From Neoechinorhynchus agilis (taxonomy: Eukaryota; Animalia; Acanthocephala): a stretch of 64,000 bases of DNA. The stretch lies in NCBI GenBank assembly GCA_051530055.1, contig CM121341.1:2780151-2844150 (forward strand), read 5' to 3'. The notes under the pieces are model-generated. The model had not been told where the DNA came from and searched no databases. It saw nothing but the letters and a program-made list of their open reading frames with translations. The translations under genes were made by a program, and so were the position numbers. Shown here in pieces: positions 34,719 through 48,699 of this stretch (position 1 is the first letter of the stretch; each line of letters begins with the position of its first letter).

Positions 34719-36249
34719 CACGATTTTGTTCTTTTTAGATCTGTGCATAAGACAGAGATTTTCGTTATCTTACTTTACACTCTACTATTTTAAAATTTTA
34801 AATTAATTTTCATTATAAACTACGTTTTTTGGAACATTTTAGAATCCGGAGCCTTATTATCGAGATCCCCACCAGTGCACACGCGAACGGCGTTTAAACG
34901 AAACGCAAAAGGACCCATTAGTTTGATTGAATGTTCAAGTAATGGAGAATTCGTGGTTATTTCAAATGGGAGTTTTAAAAAGGTTTGTAATCTCAAATAA
35001 TTTTGTACATTTATTTGATTATCGAAAAAATAGACAAAGGATCTGACCGGATGGTATTTAACGCAACAAAGTCGCGGTAATCCTATCGGCAGCGAACTTA
35101 AATACGTGTTCCGAAAACCTATTTCTCTCGAACCGAACAAGAAATTTAAAGTGAGGTTCAGTGTATTTTGAATTGTTCTTAGCTCCTTTGTTTTTCTGCG
35201 GTGCATTAGTTGTTTTCCGAAAAAGTTGATTTTACGAAGATCACAAGATCAAAGGAGGATATTACTTGCGCCGGAATCACGAGCTGGCTTACCGGCGATG
35301 AAGTCGTCACAAAGCTCTATGATGATCAAGATCAGGTATAAAACTATATCTTTTTTGAGCCGTAATTGCAATTGTCTTATAGGAGAAAGCTTGCTTGGCT
35401 CAAACCAAATCGAGCCATTGATCAATGACGTGCATTTGGTCTGGGTGTAGATGTGGTGGATTAAATAACATCGGTATTTTTTTAGACGTCGAAGGATTCT
35501 TGTGTCATTTACTCTAAAATTTCAATTTCGTTTTGACGGATCTATAGAAAACAATGTGAACCAAATGTTTTTATCCTGTGCTCATCCTTATTGTAACTTT
35601 TGTTGTACAATTTGTATTTAGTTGACGATTGTATTCGAGTGGTTAGATATGTCATTATCTTTGCCGATCATTAACATCCGAGAGAGATCGTTAAAGTCAA
35701 CTCTGTCGTTACATCATCTTACAGATATTTTCAACCCCTCAAACAAAAGGCAGTGTTTTTCTCAAAAATTCGTCTTATTACATAATATTGTGTAACATTT
35801 GATACTTTATGCTTGGAACCCGGGATCTTCACTAACGTAGCCGAATAAAACGAACAATCATGTCGTGTGATTGTGACCTTACGTGCCTATTTCAGATTTG
35901 AAGTGATAATAACTGATGCAATCAGTCGAAAGATATATTCGTTCTTCAATGATCATTCTCGTGTATTGATGATCGACCGAAAAATAATAACTAATTTGTA
36001 ATACTAGAAAAATTTATGAATTTATTTAGAAAAACTGTTAGGCAGTAATCTGATTTACGCTTAAGTAATATAAAGCACTTCAGTTTGTGTTAGAAGAAGA
36101 ATAATCTAATGATGCATATTTTGAATTTCGGTAAAGAGTTTGCCTAACAGAGCTCGAAAAATCGGTAGGGAAATATCCTATGACATTTTCCTACTTATGC
36201 ATATTAATGGTAATCTCTAAATAAACGCAATAAATTGCTCATTTTACAA

Positions 36250-37125
36250 ATCAACCTCCATCTCAAAAAATTACCTCGAAATCCGTCCCATTAATCTGAA
36301 ATCCCAAACTGGGCTCTTCGCTGCAGGTAATTCTTCTTCCTAAAAGTGGACATCCGATTTCCACCGAACAAGTCTGCCCGAAGTGCCGTCTTATCACCAC
36401 TTCTCTTTAATATTTTCCTAAACGACCTCAAACCTCTCTCCTCTCACTCTAAACTCTTCTTATACGCCGACGATATCACCCTCATCACTCAATCACCACC
36501 CCACCTCTCCCTTTCCTTAACCTCTAAAGAAATCGCACACATAAGAGATTTCTGCACCAATCACAAGCTCCACCTCAATTTCTCTAAATGCTTCAAAATG
36601 ATCCTCTCATTCTCCCGCGACCTCATATCCTCCCTCCGAGCTTCTAAATGCAATCCTACGAGTCACCTCCCTCAGAATTCTGGGTCTCCGAGTTCAATCA
36701 AACTTGAAATGAGACCCGCACGCAGCACTTTCCTTCAAACGTTCGCCATTTAGGAGCAGTTGATTTCGCCCCCCCTCTCACCGAATGCCTTTATAAAATT
36801 TTCAACAAACATTCAAAACGTCTCTCAAATCTACCACCACATTTTAATCCCAATTGCTTTCATTCTCCAATGCTTCGCTCCGCTCCGCTCCTTTTTCCAA
36901 ACTGCCCTATTTTCTCGGGTATCGAGACCAGAAATGAATCGGAGCAAAGACCCAACCTCTCACAACCTCCTACACGAATAATCACTCCCTTTCTCACTTG
37001 ACTGGACCCGTAGTCTACTCAAAAATCTGTAGCCACATTCATTTGAAAAATCAGAACTCGAGTGTTCACGAGGAACCAGAGGTACATGGTTCCTCTTCCT
37101 TGCTCATTAATAAAACGCGTTATTA
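36250..37125 (+). mobile_element. L2/CR1-like LINE 3' fragment with terminal stem-loop, AATAAA and (TTA) tail
   Basis: VLSPLLFNIFLNDL...LFLYADDITL, LHLNFSKC; hairpin GAGGAACC/GGTTCCTC at 37070-37095 followed by aataaaacgcgttattatt. Confidence 0.85.
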
Positions 37126-37639
37126 TTGCGATCACTTTTATCTCAATTTCCACAAGCGTACGACTCTGTCCGCAACATTTATTGTTAAATATGTTCATTA
37201 TTTACATTGTTACAATCTCAGGATTCGGATTAAATTATACTGTTGGATAAATACTCGTTGGATTCTGTACATTTTTTTCAAACAGTTCGTTCATTGGCTG
37301 GAAAAGAAAATTTACATACTAAATGCTAATGTATCAGTGAATGCGGTAAGGTCGAGCAGTTGCGGTTCTTTGGCTGATAGAAAATTGATTTTTTAAGAAC
37401 TTATTCTTGAAGTATCGTTATTGACATGAAGCGGAAGCAAGAGAATGTCAAATACGAAAGTTCAATAGATCTTTATTGTTTGTCTTATTTAAAGATGAAT
37501 TCTCTTTTCGGGATACCAAATTTCAAATAATAAATTTAATGAAGTGAATTTATTGTACAACAGTCTGCCCATCGAATTTCCATCCACAAAATCGCGATTT
37601 TTAGTTTCAAAGAAGCGAAGTCCAAGTGAATTGATTTTT

Positions 37640-37939
37640 GGCAATGTCGCTTCTTTTTTTATCTTAAATCGCATACACACTCATGGGCCTTACGGCATGT
37701 CTTTTGGGATCCTTTTTCGTTCCTTGGCAGCCTCTTGGCTAATTCACACACTTCGAAGGCGCTCAGCCGCACTCGAATGGACAGGGTCAACCCTCTTCTT
37801 TGGCCGATGGGCGATCTCAAACCTGATTCCTACCCTTCCGACAGCCTCGCAACCCCGGTGGAACCCAGCGACCAGTGGACTTGAACCAGCGACATAGCAA
37901 GCGCATTTTGGACGCGTTTATGCCACTCGGCCACAACCC
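37640..37939 (-). mobile_element. Probable tRNA-derived SINE (Pol III A and B boxes)
   Basis: Minus strand TGGCCGAGTGG (A box) and GGTTCAAGTCC (B box) at tRNA-like spacing, but the acceptor and T stems do not pair; GC-richer body; 3' limit approximate. Confidence 0.5.
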
Positions 37940-38167
37940 TTTGCTGATCAAAAACCTATTGCTATAAAGAGTTTAACTAAAATGCGTATTAATTCGTTGT
38001 CAATTAAAAAATCGACAAAGTTACAGAGGTGGTTTAAAGGATGAAAGCATTAAAACGAAAAAAAAGATTTGATCAAAGATGTATTGTTCCAAATAAAGAG
38101 TATAATTTTGTCGATTAAATTCCTCGATTTTCACGATTCAAAAACGGAAGCTCTTTATTCAAAATGA

Positions 38168-39084
38168 TTATTTCTTATAAAATAGGAGTACTTCAATCAA
38201 GAGTGCGATTGGATATAACCAAAATCGCGAACACGCTCCATAATTTCTGATGGGTCTTTGATCTTCTGGGTCAGTGGTCAAATGCAAGACGTGAGCTATA
38301 AGAGAGATCGATCCACTCAAGACGCAACTGATCATGCAGAACGTAAGTTCTCTTCTTAGACAGTCAATCTTCGACTCTTTTCTACAACTTGCAATGATCA
38401 AACGGATCATTCCAACAATACCAGCTAAAATCATGAATACGGCTGGTAGAACTAAGTTTGTAGCACTGAACGCGAACCCGACTAAGGAAATGCATTGATT
38501 CTGTTTATCACATTGGCACGGTGGTCGATTTAGAAAGTTGAAACAAGTTATAACCGAGCATCCTTGAACTAAACTGACTACCAATATGAGACCGCAAACT
38601 TTTCGTATGATCACATCGTTAGTACTGTGATTGTAATTCGGTTTAGTAGCTCGGATTCTCAACCTTGAATTCATCAGGAAGAGATTTCGAGTTCCTTAAG
38701 CATTATATAGACGTAATGAATGTAGAGTGCATTGGTTGATAGACCGTTTAATGCAATAAGGAAACTGGTGTATAAAGAGAATACGAAACATGACCATTTA
38801 GAAAGTGATAATGCGTCAGTGTTGGAGCATGGAATATGGATATCTACGGTTTGTACTTGATGATTGATCGCAATAATTGAGACCAACCCGGCATTTGAGA
38901 CTAGAATAAGGTTTTTGTAAAGGGAAAATTCGCCAAGACCGACTTTTGGTCGAGAAATCGAAATTATTTCGAGCATTATTGTACTCAAAAGAACGAATGC
39001 GGCCATTGCTAAAAACATTCTTGAAACATCCAAGGTTATATCGTAGTCTACTTGAGGAATAAATCGCTCCCATTGCACCGCCAT
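38168..39084 (-). CDS. Divergent 7-transmembrane receptor-like protein, 2 exons
   Basis: Seven hydrophobic segments across ORFs 38674-39105 and 38168-38674, Cys in predicted extracellular loops, LP in TM5; joined by a plausible 50-nt GT-AG intron (about 38696-38745); ATG at 39084. Confidence 0.6.
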
Positions 39085-39724
39085 GTCGTCTGTTGATATT
39101 TTCACTAGAGAAAAAAAATTACTCAGCTTTCCTAGAATTCAGAATTTAATAAAATTGGAAAGTTCTAACGTTAACGCGTCTGGACTAAATCAATTTATGA
39201 AAGTTAACGGCAAACTGAAAGTCTTAGACAAAGAGAAAATCTTAATGGTATTAGGAGGCGCGACATTCGCATTGAATTATTTTAAAATCGGTTTATACAT
39301 AAGGTTTTTCCCGTAAATTCTCGAGTAAAAAAAGAACTTTAAAGTGAACTAAGTCGGGTGCACGTGGAACGAACTCGGGAAACTTCATTTGCCTTAGTCT
39401 TTGAAAATTGTTCAACTATTCATTGAACGCAAAAACGTTAGACGAAAAAAATGAACCTGCCAAAAAGAATGAGTCAAGAAATTCGAACAAGGAATTAGGA
39501 AAACTAATATGAGAGCAGGATTTTTTGCCAGGAACTTAATCCGTATGAAAATTATTTTTCTCTATATTTAGTAACCCTAAATTTGTGATTAAAAGATAAC
39601 AAAATCTCTATGACAAAACCGTTCGTTTGCCTGTGCATTTAAGTCTACTGACAGTGTTTTAAGAATTTTATAAATTGAAAAATATCGAAATTAGAGATAG
39701 CGCTCTTACTCGTCATAAAATTCG

Positions 39725-42700
39725 TTGTCTTCAAATGTTATGTTTGTTTGGCAGCTTCCTTGATGGCCGCGGCATTGCCGCGTTGGATCGCCGCGCTGAT
39801 TCGCTGCAACAGGAAGCTGCTGGATCGCATATCGCCGGTGGCATGTTTTAGCATCCCTCCCAGTCGTGAGAGGAAATAATCGGCTTCTTTTCCGAGACAT
39901 CCCAGTGTTTCCACCGCAACCGGGATGAAAATATATTGATGTCCATCGAGCGAGTACTTCTGCCGCTTCTTTTCCTCGCTGAAGCTGGCGACTGCTCCCG
40001 CCTTTGAGGTGGCATCCCGTAAGTGGGATGCTGCGAGCGTGTTGTGGCAGGTAAAATCCCAAACCAGTATTTTCCCGGGGCACCATGGGAGGAGAGTCGC
40101 TCCATCAGGGCGTTTACCGTCGTTCCGGGAAAGTCCAACTGGTTCGAGTCGAGCTGGAAAACCGGCCGTTGAGAGAGCTTCCTTGATTATGCGGTTGACT
40201 GCTGAGTGCCGTGCGTGGCGAGCAGTTGAACGCTTGCAGTCAAGGCCGTGAGTTCCCGATCCGTTCACTGTCTCACCGCACCGACACGTACATGGGGGCC
40301 TGAGAATTCGATGCTCAACCGAAGTCCACCAGCGACGGTGATGGCCTGATCATCCAGCCTCGTGCCAACAGATGTGATTGGGAAAGCCTTTAAGAAGTCG
40401 CTGGAGTGTGGAGCTGAGACTGCCAGGAGACGAGCTCTATCGTTGGGAGATGAGCATGAGCTAAGAAGCTGCTGATAATACGCACTGTGGAGCAAGGCAG
40501 TCCAACGTTTTTGGGAGTTTGTTTCCGTTGGAACGACCTGCCCGAACACTGACGTCCATTGAGCGTGTGCTTCGATCAGTTCAGGCGGTGGATCGAATGT
40601 GTGGTGGGATGATTCTCAGCACCAGGTCTGAAGAGACCGAGATCGACGACGAAAAGGCAGGAATTGCTACTTCGGTGGAACTCTGGATGCCAAGACCGCC
40701 GAATCGAATGGGAAGGATCGCCTGTTTCCATGCTGTGTCGGACAGTCGTAGGTTAAGTACTTCTGACAGGGTTGATCGAACGCAGTTGTCGAAATCCCTG
40801 GTGAGCACTGACTTGAAGCATGGAGAAGTCCTCAGAAGGTACGCAATCTTCGGTAGCGACAGACATCGTGATAATATTAACAGAGCGTCGTGTCGCGCGA
40901 TGTGCAAGAGCCTGGAGGCAGTGAGCCGCAATTGATCGATGGCTTTTGAAAGGAACGTTTCCAGGTTAGACAGGTTACCGATTGGAAACCCGAGAATGTC
41001 AGCTTAGTCGGTTGTAGTTGTCTTTGCTCCGGGCAGTATGGTGAGCAGTCTCGATGCACCCTCTTGGTCGTCCGAAATTATTTCGCATTTGTCCGTTCTC
41101 AGGAATAGTCCGATATCGGCACCCATTCCGAAGATGTTTTTGATGTCGCGAATGAGCTGGTCGATCTCCCCTCCGATGCAACAGTCGTCGAGGTACCAGA
41201 TCGACAAATCTGACGAAGAGCTGTAGGCGAGATGATTGATCGTCAATGCGAACAGCAGAGGACCTAGAGGATCACCTTGTTGAACACCCTCTGCTGATTC
41301 GACCTGGAACTCGCCAAACAACAGCATGCTGGACCGGTCTTAGCACAAGGACACATACTGGTAGATTTCTGGTATGTGCCGGTGGACAACCTCTGTCATC
41401 GCGGTGCGGCATATTGAATTGAACGCATTCTCCATGTCAAGCTTGACCATAGCCGTTCCCTTATTGATACCATTTCGACTATTCGCTCGTGCTGAGTGTA
41501 CAGCCGCCTCGGCTCCAGCAGGAACTCCGACTCCTAATTGAACCGGCAAGAGTTGATCGATCAATCGATCGGTGGCGAACTGACACGCGACTTGGGATGC
41601 CAGTCGACGGAAGGTACAACCAACGGCAATGGGACGAACCCCTCCACCTTTTTTGTGAAAACGATCAGCTTGGCACCGCAGAGTAGACGCGCGACTGGAG
41701 GAGGTACGGAACCGCGGACGATTACGCGTGTGAGCTCGGTGATTGCGTTCAGCAATCGTGTACCTTGAGCTCCAGAAGATAAACAGGTCAAATCCCGTAA
41801 GTGTCGAGGGCTTAAACCATCATGCCCTCCAGCTGACGATGGCGGAAAGGACATCAGAGCGTAAGTGACGGTGGAGACTGTAATGGGGAGGAGGGTGTCG
41901 CGATCGGACTCTGTGAACAACGGATCATAATTTGGCTTGAAACAACTCCGTCTGCGTGGAGGGTGCTTCAATTTTAAAGAGTCCAGGATGTCCTTGTTCG
42001 GCGCAAGTAGGCGGTCCGTTCCGCTTACAAGTCGAACGGCACCCCTCAGGTCGCCGTCCTCCAGCTTCTCGGAGCATTTCGCACGTAGTTGAGAGTCCGG
42101 GTCGTGAGGAAAATTACGACGATGGCTATGCCATCAAAGATGCTCGACTTGTTCAAAAGACTCGAAAGCATTGGACCTGTTGCGAATCTTTTGACTGAGC
42201 GATTGGTTCTCGTTGGCTTCAGCAGTTTGTGTGGGAACACGTAAGACGGCTTTGGGAAACGCGAGGAGGTTGAACCAGTCAGATGGTACGGTTGGATCTC
42301 GTATGATACGCTCGATCAGGCATGCTAATTTCGAGGCTGCGGAGGACCTGGCGCCCTGCGGGATTCGTCTAATCATGCGGGTACCGTGTGAAAGCATCTC
42401 GATCAGTGCTGGCGGTGGGGCATTCGTGTCTGTGACCACAGTTGTGAGTTCGGTTAAATTGGATGGATTGGATGAAGACGGAGAAGCAGGCTGAGTTGTA
42501 AAAGATGACGTCATTGTCGAGTTGGTACGATCGCTATTCTTTCGTGTCTTTGCAAAACTTTACCTCCGACTTCGTCTCTTGCTTCGGGATATCTACAACG
42601 CGCAGGATTTTCGGGTGGATGGCGGATTTTAGATCTTAGTTTTTGTTGAGAACTTTGACGAGATCGAAATGATGATACAATGCGGTTTCTCTTTCTGAAA
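39725..42700 (-). mobile_element. CRE-like RLE-type non-LTR retrotransposon, near full length but frameshifted
   Basis: SAGGHDGL, QLGVGVPAGAEAAVH, KLDMENAFNSI, GVQQGDPLGPLLF, WYLDD, LPIRFGGLG, HGLDC...RH, GKRPDG...WD, QRISAAIQRGNA. Confidence 0.88.
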
Positions 42701-44149
42701 AACGAAGATGTTATCGTTTGTGCTGATCGATCTGTAATCTTTCTCTTTGAACGGTGAAATGATGAATTTAAGAATTCGGATTCCCCTTATGAAAAAGTGA
42801 TTTATTTCCGGATTCTGATCACTGCCATCGAGTTGGCCACTGGAAAACGACGATGTCCACTGGCTATAACATTAAAAGCAGCCAAACGCCGGAGCAAAGA
42901 TTATTGTCCCGCTGACCGCGAGCTCACAATGACGTCATTGATGTCGTTCATTGTTTCCATTGAAGAATATCGATGCGATCGCACTGAAATAAGAACGATT
43001 TTCACTGACAAATTTAAGTCGCCACTGTTGTCCGCGTGATTTTTTTACAAAATTTTATTAGTGTCAATATGAACTGGAGGAAAGACCCAAAATTACAAAC
43101 TCTTACACCAATAATCACTAACTTTCCCACTTGACCGGACCCGCCATCCACTCCAAAATAAACAGCGACATTCATTTAAACCTCCTCTACTTTGAACAAT
43201 AAAATGTGAAGAATCTAATCGATAAATATATCAACAATGATTTCAATTTTGTCGAAAAATCGTTACTGTCTGATTGTTTAATTGCAAATTTTCATCAATA
43301 ATAATTTCTCTTATTTTTGATCAGACGAATAACCACCTCAGAATTCTGGATCTTTAGTTTCAATCAAATGTGAAATGGACTCGATATGAGAGAGTCTAAA
43401 AAGATAACATAAAATCGGTTTTTCGACTACATTGGTGATCCCAACACTTGTGAACGTATTTTCCAAGTTATTCCCCAAGACGAACATCGATACAGGCAGT
43501 GAGCCTAAAGTTGCCTTCATTCTGGACTCATCAATCTCGCCTATGGTTCGCCAAGACCTTGCGGCCCTCGATCAGGACGCCGTCAAGCGATTGATTGATC
43601 ATCGGTATAAACCTGTTGAAGCTTTAACATTCTTCAAAATAAATATTTTCTTGCGAGAAACCAAAGAGATTAACATTCTTCAAAATAAATATTTGGTCAT
43701 AAGAAAACATAGAGAATTTACTAGTTTTAAATTAATTAAAAGACGAATTATACAAACGCATCGATGAAGAAATCGTTGGTATTTCTCAAGGGTAAAATCT
43801 CCTTTCGAAAAGAACAGAATCCAAAATACTTACCGGTATTAATCGGTTGAAATTTTAAGTCTGTAAAAAAATAAATATTGTCTGGCAAGAAAACAAAGAG
43901 AATTTACTATTTTTAAATTAATGAAAAGGCGAGTTGCACAAACACATCAACAAAGAAATCGTTGGTTTTTCTCAATAGTTAAAAATTATTAAGGCACAAA
44001 ATCTTCCATTTACTGAAGAACTTATAGCATATAGATGAGAATTCCAAGTCATTTCTTACAAGTAATTTTTCAATATATAAAAATTCCGATGAGAGAAGGA
44101 ACATCATTTTTAAAAGCACTGAAAAGATTTTTTATAAAAGCAAAAATTA

Positions 44150-44698
44150 TCACCGCGGGTGACCGTTCGGATGTTCAGTTTCTGCTTCCCGGCTTGTCTT
44201 TGTTTTCGGTCGAACTTCAAAATTAACTTTCTGATCTCTTGCGAATGATTGATTACGGCAGTTTGACGAGTCCTTCCTTACGAAATTGAACTCACCTTCA
44301 TTTTTCGTTTCATCACAGAAAAATCGACTGTGTTCCCGATTGCAGCTCTTTATTAAATTTATGAGTGCAACATCCACTTCAATTGATTCGGTAGAAGAAC
44401 TTAACTGTTTGGAATTTCTAAGATCGCAATCGTCTAAATTTTCCTTATCGGAATGATCAACGTCCACGGATTCCACGATCTCTTCATCGATTTTGTGATC
44501 TATTCTAACATTTGAAACTGAATCTTCTTTAAAATCACAAGCTGCATCGTGTTCAGAATTATTAAGTTCACTATCAAAAATCGGATGCTTTTGAAGATTT
44601 GCATTTGGAAAAGTATTTATTTCTTCTAACGGGTTTTGATCAGCTTCTCTGGTGGTTTTTTCGGATTCCTTCCGATTTCTGCACCCACAAACACCCAT
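44150..44698 (-). CDS. Orphan acidic ORF with MGVCGC N-terminus (copy 2)
   Basis: Protein identical to 16335-16883. Confidence 0.5.
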   Translation of the reverse strand: MGVCGCRNRKESEKTTREADQNPLEEINTFPNANLQKHPIFDSELNNSEHDAACDFKEDSVSNVRIDHKIDEEIVESVDVDHSDKENLDDCDLRNSKQLSSSTESIEVDVALINLIKSCNREHSRFFCDETKNEGEFNFVRKDSSNCRNQSFARDQKVNFEVRPKTKTSREAETEHPNGHPR

Positions 44699-45180
44699 AA
44701 CCAATTGTCTCGCTCAATACACCAAATCACCTCGGTCAAAAATGTGATTGGTATCGAATATAGGAATGGGAAACAAATAACTGATTATCTGTTTTTGCCG
44801 AGACTATGTTAAAAAAATATTATTCGTATCAGTATTTAGAGTGTACAATTGCGAATAGCTTTTTGCATTGACTAAAAATATGATCTTCTCTTTGTTCACT
44901 GTCACAGCGCATTTAGGGTTTTTGATGACAACAATCGATTCTGAATTTAGCAATAACCTTTTGACACCTGTAACAAATATTCAATAGTCTGTAAAATTCA
45001 GAATGTTTTCTCACAAGAAAACAAAGAGAATTTACAAGTTTTTCAGGAATTAAAAAGCGACTTACACACATGCGTCGCTGAAGAAATCGTTGGTTTTTCA
45101 TTAGTAAAATTTCCTTTCGAAGAGTAAAATATTTACCGGTATTAATCTGTTGAAATTTTAATAGTCTGTGAAATAAATAA

Positions 45181-47115
45181 CCCAGCTGTCGGGGTGACTC
45201 GGTGCCGGTCCGAAGCCCAGACAAATGGGGGGGGGGGGTTGGCGTCATCAAGGGCACCCGGGAGTAAAATCTTGAGCCAAAAACACATCAGCAATGTCAA
45301 GTCTAATACCTCCAATCGATCGGGCTAGGGCGTTCCCTTCATGCAACGCCAAACCCGGCGCCCAGGGTTTGTGAAAAATTATTCGGGGATCAACGACGGG
45401 TCTGGCTAAAAAGCGAGTCGCTTTCAAAATACGAATCGGCGCCCTGAACGTAGTTTCAATGAGGGAGGAAGCAGAGAAGTGGCCGATTTGATGAGGAGGA
45501 GAAAAATTGAAATTCTTGGGGTCCAGGAGATCAGCTGGGAGGGAGGAAAAGCTAGAGAATTAGGCGACAGATTTAAACTGTTCTATAGTGGAGGAGCAAG
45601 TGGTAGAAACGGAGTAGGCGTCATAGTATCAAAGGACCTCATGGACAACGTCGTAGAGGTGACACGAACAAGCGATCGAGTAATGGCGATGAAGGTATGC
45701 GTTAACGGCGAAGCCACAGCAATAGTTTCTGCGTACGCCCCACAAGTCGGTTGCAGTGAGGAGGAGGAGGAGGAGGAGGAGGAGGAGGAGGAGGAGGAGG
45801 AGGAGGAGGAGGAGGAGGAGGAGGAGGAGGAGGAGGAGGAGGAGGAGGAGGAGGAGGAGGAGGAGGAGGAGAAGGAGGAGGAATTTTGGCTGGATTTATG
45901 GGAAGTGACAAGGCCCAGGGAGGGTCGATGCGTGATAACCGGAGAGCGAATTCATGGAGGACACCGTGTAGGATCAAGGAAGGCCGAGAGTGTAAGACTA
46001 TTGGTTTACGCAACAGCGTTGGAATTGCGTATTTCCAATGCGAGAGAATATCAGAATCAGCGAGGACCAACGAGGATTCATGCCCGCACAATCGACGCAA
46101 TATTCGTGCTAAGGCAGCTGTATGAGAGGTTCAGTGCCCGTTGCACAGTGTGTTAGTCAATTTGGAAGGGCATACAACACGGTCCCTCGAGATTTGGTGT
46201 GGGCATACCTCAAGAGAAGGAATTGTCTCGAAGACTGTCGCCGCGATCCAAGCGATGTATCGAGAATGGTTCACCTGCGTGCGATGCCACAGCGGAACGA
46301 CCGACTATTTCCGAGTCTCCGTGAGCCCATTCTTGTTTGCGATCGACATAGATGTCCTAGGAAATGCAGAAAGAGAAATGAACGCATCATGGGCGATATT
46401 ACTCGCGGACGATTTGGTGCTCACAGCTAGGGACGTAGACACGCTCAGGAATTTGATAGAGAGTTGACGAAAGCGATTAGAGAGCAACGGATTGGGAGTG
46501 AGCAGATGCAAAACGAAATACATGGGGCATCTTCAAATATTTGGGCAGCCTGTTTAACATGCAATGTGAGCTCGCACCAGATATCGGACAAAGAGTTCAA
46601 TGCGGGTGGAACAACTGGAAGAAGACAATAAGCATCCTTTGCGATAAGCGTCTCCCAAACAAGTTTAGAGGGCGGGTGTACAATGCAGTAGTGCGACCCG
46701 CCATGCTCTACGGAGCAGAGACGGTGGCTACGAAGAAGGAAGACGTTCAACGATTAGCCGTCAACGAAATGTGGATGCTGAGATGGTCCGCAGGATTGAC
46801 ATTCAAGGATCGAGTGCTCAATGATGGGGTGCGGAAGCTGTTTGCTATCGACCCGATCGAGGAGGCAATCGCTAAGAGGCGGATGCGATGGTACCTGCAG
46901 ATGACACAAGCAGATGAAGACGCCTGGGTGAAGAGCGCACGGAGAATCGAGCCCGAGGGGAAAAGGAGAAGAGAGAGGCTTAAGAAGAGGTGGGAAGACA
47001 GTGTAAGCGGGGATTTCAAGACGCTGGGAAAGGAGAAGAACAAAGACGAAAACCAACAATGCTGAAAAGAACGACCTCTCAAGTGAGAGAAAAGTTCAAA
47101 GAAATGTTGTTGTTT
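45181..47115 (+). mobile_element. RTE-clade LINE with internal deletions (APE-to-RT jump at about 46041)
   Basis: RTE-type 5' end (ggttggcgtcatcaagggcacccgg), APE motifs, TIDAIFVLRQLYE, SPFLFAI...ILLADDLVL, YGAET, (AAAT) tail. Confidence 0.9.
45758..45871 (+). repeat. (GAG)38 microsatellite inside the RTE endonuclease frame
   Basis: 114 nt of uninterrupted GAG; the paralogue at about 15272-15277 has only (GAG)2. Confidence 0.95.
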
Positions 47116-48699
47116 TGTAAAATAAATAAATGTTGTCTGGCAAGAAAACAAAGAGAATTTACTATTTTTAAATTAATTAAAAGGCGAGTTGCACAAACAC
47201 ATCGATAAAGAAATCGTTGGTTTTTCTCAATAGTTAAAAACTATTAAGGCACATAAAATCTTCCATTTACTGAAGAACTTATAGCATATAGATGAGAATT
47301 CGAAGTCATTTCTTACAAGTAATTTTCCAATATATAAAAATTCCGATGAGAGAAGGAACATCATTTTTAAAAATACTGCAAAAATATTTTATAAAAGCAA
47401 AAATCTGTCTCAATAACTGGCTACAGAAATATTGTTTGGTTGCATGATTCTCGAGTGTGGACAGCGTCCAGCACATTTCTTGGGGAAAAAGTGTGATTTT
47501 TGACATTAAGTGGGTACACATTTTTTGGACGAGTGACACTCTTCGAGTGTGGTTGTAACCGTTTAAAGGAGTTCTATAAAAGCTTCCTCGTTATGTCTTG
47601 TTTATGAGGTTTCCTCTTAAATGACCTTTTTGTATAAAGATGAACAGTTTAAGAAAAGGTTAAAAAGGATAAGTCAAATTAACGTCGCAAAAATACACGT
47701 CGTTCAGTCGTGCATTTAAAAAACGATTTCGGCCACAAACACCCATACAAAAAATTCTCGATTTAATCCGTAGATGGGATCACACCAATCGCGAACTGCC
47801 AAATATCATGTAAAATTAATTGCCGATAAAGTGTCAGATGCAAACAAAAATACATTCAAGAGTATTGTTATAAACATTTTTTTTTGTTGTTTAAATTAAA
47901 TTTAGGCAAATCGAGATTGTCTGATCATCAACATGATGGTATCAATCACGCAAAATCAAAACGAAGCAATAAGGTTACACCCATTAAATACATCCGGATT
48001 AATTCCAATCGACGTAGGAGTCTTTGCCGAGCAGATAGATTCTCAGTTTCTAATCGCCAACGAAGAATTGACATGAAGAAAAGGTCGGGTGCTACAGTTG
48101 TGTATATGGGAGATGAGCGATTAGTCTAATTGACAAAAATGTTGGCGAATTATCTTTATTAAAAATTAATCAATGCACTAATTGCATGTCCGAAGGATTA
48201 AAATTGAAAGTCATTTTTGAAGATATTTTAATTCTAAGAAAATAGACAGTCATACTTTTAAATGAACAAATTACAAAAAGAAATCTTAAATTGTCGACGG
48301 TTTCTGTGATAACAATTCTCTTTTTTTCCTTGGTTAAACATTTGAAAGTTCGCCTTTAAAAGCAGTTTAATTAATCAGATTTAATAAGTCTATTAGAGTA
48401 AAGCTATATTAGAAAATTCAATACAGTTTTCAGCCATTAAAAAACCCAACCTAAATGGTTAAAAATGGGACCCGTAAAGCGGTCTGAAATATCAATGAGT
48501 TTAGCTTTTCTTCAAAAGCACAAGAAAGATTGAATTCTTCATTGTCCTATGGCATTAATAATTCACGTTTGTATTATTTGAATCAGGAAAAAATATTGTT
48601 GGTTCACTTTCAATTCGGTTTATTTATTTTTTAAAAGATTTAAAAAAACAAAACAACAATACAAAACCTAGCATACATAATTTATAGTTTCTTCGACGC

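Noticed and set aside
37860-37939. Functional tRNA gene
   Set aside because: A and B boxes are present but the acceptor and T stems do not pair; called a SINE head instead.
45702-46100. Poly-proline ORF on the minus strand
   Set aside because: Antisense reading of the (GAG)38 microsatellite.
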